Shown here in pieces: positions 35,274-42,083 of a stretch of 64,000 nucleotides of DNA (position 1 is its first letter; each line of letters starts with the position of its first letter). Position numbers and translations under genes: made by a program. The notes under the pieces were generated by a model. It was not told the origin of the DNA. It worked only from the letters and a program-made list of their open reading frames with translations, and made no database searches. The DNA comes from a virus: positions 3,503 through 67,502 of IMG/VR virus record IMGVR_UViG_3300031949_000025; one strand, written 5' to 3'.

Positions 35274-35495
35274 ATGAAGTGCCAGAGGTTAGTCTCGCAC
35301 CATGACGCCTACACCCATAGGATGGCGGGCTACGAGCAACCGTGTAGGCGCAATGCCAAAACTACCCGTCAAATCACAAGCGGGAAGACAGTAGAGGTCT
35401 GCAACCAACACGCCAAAGAGATTGATTACAGGCTGGCATCCAACTTCTTTAAGACGCCAGACACTTTCTTCACCTGTCCGGAGGACCAGCCATGA
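35274..35495 (+). CDS. hypothetical protein
   Basis: ATG 35274 lies 6 nt after AGGAG (the track uses TTG 35268); 73 aa. Confidence 0.6.
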   Translation: MKCQRLVSHHDAYTHRMAGYEQPCRRNAKTTRQITSGKTVEVCNQHAKEIDYRLASNFFKTPDTFFTCPEDQP

Positions 35496-35656
35496 CCGAC
35501 CCCATCCGCACCAAGGATGAGTTTTTGGAGGAGTGGTCATGGGGCCTAACCGATGCTGAGGCCGTGAAAATGTCCGCCGGCCTCGAAAACGTCATTGCCT
35601 ACGAGGTGGCAAGGGCGCTGGCGGTCATCGCCGCGAACATGAGGGTTCAATCATGA
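35492..35656 (+). CDS. hypothetical protein (54 aa)
   Basis: Below the track cutoff. ATGA overlaps at both ends. Confidence 0.5.
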   Translation: MTDPIRTKDEFLEEWSWGLTDAEAVKMSAGLENVIAYEVARALAVIAANMRVQS

Positions 35657-35850
35657 AAGACTACTCACAGATAGACCACAAAGTCTTGGCCCACCTTGAG
35701 GCCCACTACACCCGTGAGGGCATCCGGTGGAAATGTGGGTTGTCTCAAGGTGGAGTCCGCCGAAGTGTTGCCAGACTCAGGAGCATGGGGTTTGTGTCCA
35801 ACATCAGCCCAAAACGGATAGTCACCCACAACCTGGGGAGGGCGGTATGA
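35653..35850 (+). CDS. winged-helix/HTH-like small protein
   Basis: 65 aa with GLSQGGVRRSVARLRSMGFV. Confidence 0.55.
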   Translation: MKDYSQIDHKVLAHLEAHYTREGIRWKCGLSQGGVRRSVARLRSMGFVSNISPKRIVTHNLGRAV

Positions 35851-36635
35851 ACCCGCTCCCAAAGCTGCCAACCATCCGACGCCATGATGGGCGGTCGCGC
35901 TACTACACCGTCGAAGGACATGAAGGGCGGGCCTTCCCATCCGTAACTACCATCTTGGGCATCATCAACAAGCCGGCCCTCATCCCTTGGAGTAACAAAC
36001 AAGGGCGACTGGCGATGGCTGAGGTGCTGTCGCCCTACGTTGGCGACGTGCTCACCGAAGGGATGATAGACGATGCCCTTACCGCCGCCGCTAAAAGGCC
36101 CAAAGAGATACTAGAGGCGGCTGGCGACTACGGCACCCAGGCACACATACTCATCGAGCGCATGGTGAAGGGAGAGAAGGTCATCGCCCCTCCAGAGTTC
36201 GCCCCAACCGTTGACGCCTTCTTGGGTTGGTGGGGGCAGGCGGGTATCCGGTTGAAGTTTTCGGAGAGAATGGTCTACTCAGACCAACACGGATACGCTG
36301 GTGGAATGGACTGCTTTGGTGAGCGGGGAGAGTTGCTTGTTGCTTTGGATTGGAAGACATCTGGGGGTATCTGGCCCGAGGCCGCAGCCCAGGTTGCAGC
36401 TTACGCTATGGCTTGGGAAGAAATGATCGGCCAGCGGGCGAACGAGGCATGGGTTATCCGTTTAGCCAAGGTTGCGCCCCCCGAAGGACAGTCAGGCTTT
36501 GAGGCCAAGCGGGTCAACATACCCACCGCCTTCGAGATGTTCCTGGCGGCGAAGCGCCTCTATGACGCCAGTAAGGGCCAAGTCTACCTGCCGGACAAGC
36601 CCGTCGAGGAGACGGTCAAAGAATTATGGGGGTGA
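35847..36635 (+). CDS. PD-(D/E)XK family nuclease (RecB/Cas4-like exonuclease)
   Basis: ATGA-coupled start at 35847. Motifs PSVTTILG, GTQAHILIE, GGMDCF...ALDWKTS and QVAAYA. Confidence 0.75.
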   Translation: MNPLPKLPTIRRHDGRSRYYTVEGHEGRAFPSVTTILGIINKPALIPWSNKQGRLAMAEVLSPYVGDVLTEGMIDDALTAAAKRPKEILEAAGDYGTQAHILIERMVKGEKVIAPPEFAPTVDAFLGWWGQAGIRLKFSERMVYSDQHGYAGGMDCFGERGELLVALDWKTSGGIWPEAAAQVAAYAMAWEEMIGQRANEAWVIRLAKVAPPEGQSGFEAKRVNIPTAFEMFLAAKRLYDASKGQVYLPDKPVEETVKELWG

Positions 36636-36725
36636 GTGGTTCGGGCCAAGTGACTGAGTAGCGGCAACGGTGCTCGAAAAGCGCAAAGGCCAAACTGGAG
36701 GTTCGACCCCTCCACGCCTCCACCA
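36628..36725 (+). ncRNA. tRNA-like element (acceptor + T-arm mimic with encoded CCA, non-canonical core)
   Basis: GGGGGTG pairs with CGCCTCC (two G-U pairs). The T arm is TGGAGG-TTCGACC-CCTCCA and the 3' end is A-CCA. No canonical D or anticodon arm could be drawn. Confidence 0.3.
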
Positions 36726-36726
36726 A

Positions 36727-36801
36727 GCGGACGTAGCTCAGTGGTAGAGCAGCGGCCTGATATGCCGAAGACCGTAGGTTCAAGTCCTACCGTCCGCACC
36801 A
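36727..36801 (+). tRNA. tRNA-Ile (anticodon GAU)
   Basis: Cloverleaf drawn by hand: acceptor GCGGACG/CGTCCGC, D arm GCTC-AGTGGTA-GAGC, anticodon loop CTGATAT, T arm GTAGG-TTCAAGT-CCTAC, encoded CCA. Confidence 0.85.
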
Positions 36802-37125
36802 ACGCCAGCAATCCCGCCAAGCGGCGGTTTACGGATACAGAAAGGAGATGCCATTGGGTAATCGACTTGGCGACATCGAGATTTAAAGGCAAGCTCGGAC
36901 CCGGCGGGGCCAAGCCCCCAAAATCAAGCGAAAGGAGGCAAGTTACTAGTCTTGAGTCTCACATCAACCTAAACCCCAGGTGGGATCAGAAAAATGATAG
37001 CTGACAAGGTGCTGGTCGTTCAAGAATAGGGCTATGGGTGCCAAGCAACCTAATCCCAGGGTATGCGGGGCAAGTGTTTCCTGACAGGAAAGACACCGTG
37101 AGGCCCTGGGCCAGCACCAATCCAG

Positions 37126-37488
37126 ATGAAAGGAAAGAAAGTGCCAAACCCAATAAGGATAATCATAGATGGGGACGAGTATATTCGGACAGACAAACAG
37201 TCCCCCACAGACTACAAGATCGTTCGGACGCATTCGGCAGGAGTGTTTGCGGGCTACATCGAATCCCGCAACGGGCAAGAGGTCGTCATGCGGAACGCCC
37301 GGAGGCTGTGGTATTGGAGCGGGGCCGCCTCTCTGAGCCAGCTTGCCATCGATGGGGTTAGTGCCCCGCAAAACTGCAAGTTCCCCGAAGCTGTCAATCG
37401 GGTGGAGTTGCTGCAAGCTATCGAAATCCTGGACGTGACGGAAAAGGCCAGGTTGTCTATCAATGCGGTGCCGATATGGAAGCAGTAG
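37126..37488 (+). CDS. hypothetical protein (RLWYWSGAASLSQLA motif)
   Basis: 120-aa ORF, first gene of the cluster after tRNA-Ile. Family not recognised. Confidence 0.7.
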   Translation: MKGKKVPNPIRIIIDGDEYIRTDKQSPTDYKIVRTHSAGVFAGYIESRNGQEVVMRNARRLWYWSGAASLSQLAIDGVSAPQNCKFPEAVNRVELLQAIEILDVTEKARLSINAVPIWKQ

Positions 37489-37763
37489 GCGACGGCTCCG
37501 GCTACGGCTCCGGCTACGGCGACGGCTCCGGCTCCGGCTCCGGCTACGGCTACGGCTACGGCGACGGCGACGGCTCCGGCGACGGCTCCGGCGACGGCTC
37601 CGGCTACGGCGACGGCTCCGGCGACGGCTCCGGCTACGGCTCCGGCTACGGCTACGGCTACGGCGACGGCTACGGCTACGGCTACGGCTACGGCTCCGGC
37701 TACGGCGACGGCGACGGCTCCGGCTCCGGCGACGGCGACGGCTCCGGCGACGGCGACGGCTAA
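37476..37763 (+). CDS. (Gly-X)45 low-complexity peptide, X = Tyr/Asp/Ser only
   Basis: MEAV followed by strictly alternating G-X. Every codon is NNC (GGC, TAC, GAC, TCC). The TAA falls exactly at the repeat end, before the next gene's RBS. The other five frames are also open but use poorer codons. Confidence 0.6.
   Translation: MEAVGDGSGYGSGYGDGSGSGSGYGYGYGDGDGSGDGSGDGSGYGDGSGDGSGYGSGYGYGYGDGYGYGYGYGSGYGDGDGSGSGDGDGSGDGDG
37488..37760 (+). repeat. GGC-NNC hexanucleotide array (about 45 units; NNC = TAC, GAC or TCC)
   Basis: Read directly from the sequence. 273 nt built from only three unit variants. Confidence 0.95.
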
Positions 37764-37780
37764 AAAGAAAGGAAACGACA

Positions 37781-38290
37781 ATGACGCAGAATCCAGAGAT
37801 TGACTACTACCTGCCCGGCACGGTTGAGGCCATCAATCAAAAATCTCTTTCCAAAGGTGGCACCCAGTGGGGCTTCCTAATCAGGCAATCCCCAAAGGAA
37901 GAGCCAAAGTGGTATAACACCATCGTTGCGGAGGTCGGCAACAAGGTGGTCAAGGGCGGGCAGTACAACTTCGGGATTAAGCTCAACGGTAAATACGAGA
38001 ACATCGTCACGGCGGGCAACATGGAACAAGGTAGCGCCAAGGCCCCCATGTATGATGGCCGCCCAGACGACGACGTGTCTACCGAGACAAGCATTGCACG
38101 TAACACTGAACGTGCCACCCGCAACGGAACCGACGATAGCATCCTCCGGCAGAAGGCCCTCATGGAAGCCAGGCTGTTGCTGGCCGACATGATGCAATGG
38201 GAGCAGTGTCACCCCAACGGCATGGAAGACGCCATTGACATCGTGGTAAAGGCGGCGCAGGCGTTCTATGGAAGTTTCCTCCGTGGCTAG
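37781..38290 (+). CDS. hypothetical protein, OB-fold-like N-terminus (inference)
   Basis: 169 aa with AAAGGAAA RBS. The track ORF 37463..38290 is the same frame, extended through the repeat. Confidence 0.7.
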   Translation: MTQNPEIDYYLPGTVEAINQKSLSKGGTQWGFLIRQSPKEEPKWYNTIVAEVGNKVVKGGQYNFGIKLNGKYENIVTAGNMEQGSAKAPMYDGRPDDDVSTETSIARNTERATRNGTDDSILRQKALMEARLLLADMMQWEQCHPNGMEDAIDIVVKAAQAFYGSFLRG

Positions 38291-38480
38291 CAAACGCCAC
38301 CAGCGACGACGAGGCTGCGAGGGTAAGAAGGGCTTCCCCACTCACGGGGGAGCCCTTTACGCCATGAAGAGGATGGAGGCGCAGACTATCACGGACCACA
38401 ATCTGAACGTCTATCATTGCGGCTTTGGCCGCCATTATCATATAGGTCATCGGGTCACGGGGAGGGGGTGGAAGAATTGA
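38268..38480 (+). CDS. small basic His/Cys protein
   Basis: 70 aa with YHCGFGRHYHIGH. Its stop overlaps the radical SAM start (TTGA). Confidence 0.5.
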   Translation: MEVSSVASKRHQRRRGCEGKKGFPTHGGALYAMKRMEAQTITDHNLNVYHCGFGRHYHIGHRVTGRGWKN

Positions 38481-39439
38481 AACTCGAAGATATAGGATTC
38501 TACACGCTATCTGACGCCCGTGCTGCCTTGGCGTCACAGCAATCCCCGTTACAGCGGTGTGAACTTATCCTGACTGATAGGTGTAACTTCAAGTGTCCCT
38601 ACTGTCGAGGTGTGAGGGCTAACTGCCGGGGAGACTTAGATTTAGTGCAAGCCAGACACACCCTGGAATTGTGGGTCGAAGATGGGCTTCAATCGGTGAG
38701 ATTCTCTGGTGGGGAGCCAACGCTTTACTCAATGCTGGGATTACTAGCGGACTATTGCCAAATCAACGGGGTAAAAAATATCGCTGTTTCCACCAATGGG
38801 TCGGCATCACGTCGGACATACGACCAGCTAGTGATGTCTGGAGTCAACGACTTTTCTGTGTCCCTGGACGCTTGCTGTGCGGACGACGGCACCATGATGA
38901 TGGGAGTCTCTAATTCAAACCTATGGGATCGAGTGGTGGATAATATTTGCTACCTGTCCAGGATGGTCTACGTCACGGTTGGGGTGGTACTCACCGAGCA
39001 GAACGAGGGGCAAGTGGTAGAGATTATTGAGTTCGCCCACGACCTCGGGGTTGCAGACATTCGAGTTATCCCGGCAGCACAACACGGCAACATGCTCAGT
39101 CTTGGACAAATACCGGACAGAATACTCCAAGCCCATCCGATTCTCCGCTACCGTGTGAACAACCTTTTGGCCGGTAAGTCTGTTCGGGGGCTGGGAGAAG
39201 ATGACTCCCCTCATTGCTCCCTGGTGCTAGACGATATGGCCGTGGCGAGAGAGTGGCATTTCCCTTGCATCATCTACTTGCGTGAGGGGGGCAACCCAAT
39301 AGGCAAGGTTGGGTCAGATATGCGCTTGCAGCGGTCATCGTGGGCCAAGACTAATCGTTACGCTGACCCAATTTGCCGTGGTAACTGTCTGGACGTTTGC
39401 CGAGACTATAACAACCGATGGGGCGAGTTGCATGTATAG
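38477..39439 (+). CDS. radical SAM enzyme (MoaA/PqqE/viperin-like superfamily)
   Basis: CNFKCPYC (38582-38605), RFSGGEPTL, AVSTNGS, FSVSLDA and C-terminal Cys including CRGNCLDVC. Start placed at TTG 38477 after GGGGGTGGAAG. Confidence 0.85.
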   Translation: MKLEDIGFYTLSDARAALASQQSPLQRCELILTDRCNFKCPYCRGVRANCRGDLDLVQARHTLELWVEDGLQSVRFSGGEPTLYSMLGLLADYCQINGVKNIAVSTNGSASRRTYDQLVMSGVNDFSVSLDACCADDGTMMMGVSNSNLWDRVVDNICYLSRMVYVTVGVVLTEQNEGQVVEIIEFAHDLGVADIRVIPAAQHGNMLSLGQIPDRILQAHPILRYRVNNLLAGKSVRGLGEDDSPHCSLVLDDMAVAREWHFPCIIYLREGGNPIGKVGSDMRLQRSSWAKTNRYADPICRGNCLDVCRDYNNRWGELHV

Positions 39440-40217
39440 CCAAGACCCACTCCGCTGCCTCTTCTGTGAAACTCCCGCCGACCAGCACCATTACGACCCG
39501 AAGGGGATGGGGGGCACAAGGGACGTTGCCCAACTGGAAGATACCGTGCCCCTATGCCGCCAATGTCACATGCTCATCCACGACCAAGGATACCAGTTAG
39601 TCCGCACCACTGGTGAGGGCGACCACGGAACAGACACTCTTTACCAAATGGTGAATCCCGATGGCGAGATCGTGGCCGAGCGCCACTTCCTCAACACGTT
39701 CGACCAGTCGGAGTTTATCTATCAACTCCAGGGGCACGGAAAGTTTCTGGTCGAGCGGGCACCGAGCGTCCTTTTCCTCGACCACGAGGGGTTGAAGGCA
39801 GCGGCGGCGGAGATACTAACCCTTGGCAAGCAGGGGTGGGGATGGCAAGCCTATCTCTTGCAGGCAGCGGTGAGCCGGTCAGTCCACGGCACCCGAGGCG
39901 AGAAGGTCGCTGCTGCCTGTGATGCCTTCGGCTTCTCGCGGAGCACAGCCTATGAACTTCTGGCGACCGTAGAAAACACGCCTGATTTGTCCAGTCGTCT
40001 GGAAACCACCAACCTAAACAAGACCCAATGGATGCTCACGGGGACTGGCAAGACCCCCGAAGAGGCGGCGGGGATACGGGAGTTCCTGGAGGCCAAGCGG
40101 GACGAGGACCCGCGCTACTCTGTAAGACAGGCCCGGCTCGACTTGGGGAAGCCCCATGCCCTCTGCCACCACTGGGACGAAGAAGAGCAACGCTGCATGA
40201 CTAACGGAGAAAGGTAG
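39432..40217 (+). CDS. HNH-like nuclease domain fused to a helix-turn-helix-like C-terminal region
   Basis: ATG 39432 overlaps the rSAM stop. Contains CLFC...HHYDP...CRQCHMLIH, with FGFSRSTAYELL further on. Confidence 0.7.
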   Translation: MYSQDPLRCLFCETPADQHHYDPKGMGGTRDVAQLEDTVPLCRQCHMLIHDQGYQLVRTTGEGDHGTDTLYQMVNPDGEIVAERHFLNTFDQSEFIYQLQGHGKFLVERAPSVLFLDHEGLKAAAAEILTLGKQGWGWQAYLLQAAVSRSVHGTRGEKVAAACDAFGFSRSTAYELLATVENTPDLSSRLETTNLNKTQWMLTGTGKTPEEAAGIREFLEAKRDEDPRYSVRQARLDLGKPHALCHHWDEEEQRCMTNGER

Positions 40218-40223
40218 GAGAAA

Positions 40224-40409
40224 ATGTATCCAAATGGCATACCCACCCCCGGAAGCGACGAGGCACTGGAGCTTGGATGCGAATGTGCTATCCTCGATAA
40301 CGGCCACGGGCGGGGCTACATGGGCGGCCCCTTCTTCGCGATAACTGGTGGCTGCCCCATCCATGACAAACCAAAGGACGACCCCATTGTGATCGAATCA
40401 TCAGACTAA
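40224..40409 (+). CDS. hypothetical protein
   Basis: 61 aa with AGGAGAAA RBS. Confidence 0.55.
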   Translation: MYPNGIPTPGSDEALELGCECAILDNGHGRGYMGGPFFAITGGCPIHDKPKDDPIVIESSD

Positions 40410-40783
40410 TGAATCACTCCCACCACTGGCAGCTTGACGACACAGACAGCGGAGTCTGCGAGTGTGGGGCCGTGCGCCAGTGGAAGAGGATCATCTACAA
40501 CGACAACCCCCTGGGGCCACCGGTCATCGAAGGCCCCATTCCCTTGGCTGTGGCTGCCAAGTGGAAGGCCCCCCCCGAACCCACGGAGATTACAGAGATG
40601 GTGGTGTGCCCGAAATGCGGATTCCTTTACCCACAGCCGGCGGACTCGAAGCTGCCCTACTGCATCGGTTGCGCTTCCCGCGCACCGAACGCCGCCGTCA
40701 AACGGTTGGGAATAGAATCATCAGATGGAACCCGCGCGCGCCAGTGGAAGAGGGTCATCTACGGCGACAACCTTACGGCGTAG
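40409..40783 (+). CDS. hypothetical protein with internal duplication
   Basis: 124 aa with RQWKR(I/V)IY(N/G)DN present twice and CPKCG...CIGC. Confidence 0.6.
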   Translation: MNHSHHWQLDDTDSGVCECGAVRQWKRIIYNDNPLGPPVIEGPIPLAVAAKWKAPPEPTEITEMVVCPKCGFLYPQPADSKLPYCIGCASRAPNAAVKRLGIESSDGTRARQWKRVIYGDNLTA

Positions 40784-40828
40784 CAATTGCTCTGGCGTCA
40801 AAAACGCAAAGCCCGCCACGCATGACCC

Positions 40829-40857
40829 TTGACAGCAGTAAACTACAGGGGTATACT
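40829..40857 (+). promoter_or_regulatory. sigma70-type promoter
   Basis: TTGACA (40829-40834), 17 nt, TATACT (40852-40857). Confidence 0.6.
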
Positions 40858-40990
40858 AAGGTGTAGGGCCTTGTGACAAAGGCTGGACGAAAGGCAAGAG
40901 ATTTTTCACCGGGGTCTGGATTCTGAAACGGGCGTCTCCTTTCCGCCCATTGTCACTCAGGGTCCAGGCCCCACTCTTTTGGAGGATGAA

Positions 40991-41329
40991 ATGTCATACA
41001 GGCCATATCGCATAGCAATTTGGGGGAAGACAGAAGGGATATGTTGGTATTGTGGTGTAAATCTAACCCCCTTTAATTTCACTACAGATCACGTGATACC
41101 AATTTCTTCCGAGGAAGGCAGTAGTGCCTTTTGGAATATGGTTCCCTGTTGTAAGTCGTGTAATTCTTCCAAAGGGTCTCGCACCTTAGACCAATTCCGC
41201 GCTGTCCTTCTTAAAAAACAAGGTGCAATATTTACCGAACGGCAATTAACGTATTGGCAAGAGAGAGGTATTGAGTTGCCAATTCCGCAACCCCACGTCT
41301 TCTATTTTGAGAAGGTGGGACTTGGTTAA
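40991..41329 (+). CDS. HNH endonuclease
   Basis: CWYCGVNL...TDHVIPISSEEGSSAFWNMVPCCKSCNSSKG. ATG 40991 follows GGAGGA. Confidence 0.85.
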   Translation: MSYRPYRIAIWGKTEGICWYCGVNLTPFNFTTDHVIPISSEEGSSAFWNMVPCCKSCNSSKGSRTLDQFRAVLLKKQGAIFTERQLTYWQERGIELPIPQPHVFYFEKVGLG

Positions 41330-41333
41330 GCTA

Positions 41334-42083
41334 ATGGAGCCAACCCCCATTTATCTGAACCAACCAGTGCAACACCGCAGCCGCGCCCTTAGAGACCACT
41401 TCGCAAAAGTCCCCAATTCCCTGGCCCGACGCCACGACCTTGATCCCATCAGCAAGTTACTACTTATCGTTCTTATCAGTCATGCCGACACGGAAACCCA
41501 AACGACATCCTGGCCCTCCGTGCCTCTGCTGGCTAAAGAGGTGGGGTGCAGCGACAGGGCTATTCAACGAGCATCCCAAAAGCTCCAGACGATGGGCCTC
41601 ATGACAATCGAAATACGACCTGGCCCGAACGCGAAACAAAACCGAACCAATGTCTACATCATTGAGAACGACGCCATAGCGGAAGGTGACACACAGTCAC
41701 CGGGTGGTGAACATCAGTCACCGGGTGGTGCCACAGGGTCACCGGGGGTGGTGTCACGGAGTCACCCAGAAGAAGACCCATTAGAAGAATACCCAAGAAG
41801 AATACCCAAGAAGAAGGCAGCACCTTTTTCTGATTTTCTGGCTGCCAAGAGGCTGGAGTTTCCAGACATCGATGTGGACGCAGAATGGGTAAAGTGCCAG
41901 CTTTGGCATGAAGGCCGGCCGCAAAAGAAGCACCCCAATTGGAAATACCGCTTGCACAACTGGCTAAACAAGGCCCGGAGTTTCCAGCAAGACAAGAAGC
42001 CGCAACCCCCCAGCGCCAGCGACGACTTTGACGCCCGGTATGAGCGGTGGGCGGCGGCGCAGCAAGAAGAAAACAATGGCTGA
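41334..42083 (+). CDS. replication initiator-like helix-turn-helix protein
   Basis: LLAKEVGCSDRAIQRASQKLQTMGLM looks like a winged HTH. Iterons lie inside the gene. Immediately upstream of the primase-helicase. Confidence 0.7.
   Translation: MEPTPIYLNQPVQHRSRALRDHFAKVPNSLARRHDLDPISKLLLIVLISHADTETQTTSWPSVPLLAKEVGCSDRAIQRASQKLQTMGLMTIEIRPGPNAKQNRTNVYIIENDAIAEGDTQSPGGEHQSPGGATGSPGVVSRSHPEEDPLEEYPRRIPKKKAAPFSDFLAAKRLEFPDIDVDAEWVKCQLWHEGRPQKKHPNWKYRLHNWLNKARSFQQDKKPQPPSASDDFDARYERWAAAQQEENNG
41696..41767 (+). repeat. 21-bp-phased iterons GTCACCGGGTGGTG (3 full + 1 partial): candidate origin
   Basis: Copies at 41696, 41717 and 41738, with a partial copy at 41761. Followed by a purine-rich tract containing 2 x AGAAGAATACCCA. 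Confidence 0.5.

Noticed and set aside
36628-36725. tRNA-Sec (selC) identity for the tRNA-like element
   Set aside because: The 13-bp acceptor/T stack is suggestive, but there is no UCA anticodon loop and no 6-bp D stem or long variable arm that I could draw.
37254-38290. ORFs 37254..37781 (-; AVAVAG-rich) and 37463..38290 (+; RLRLRR-rich N-terminus)
   Set aside because: Both exist only because the GGC-NNC array is open in all six frames. The antisense ORF overlaps a good sense gene. The +1 frame uses CGG/CTA/CGA codons, whereas the Gly-X frame uses all NNC codons. The +1 option is kept as a caveat in the findings.
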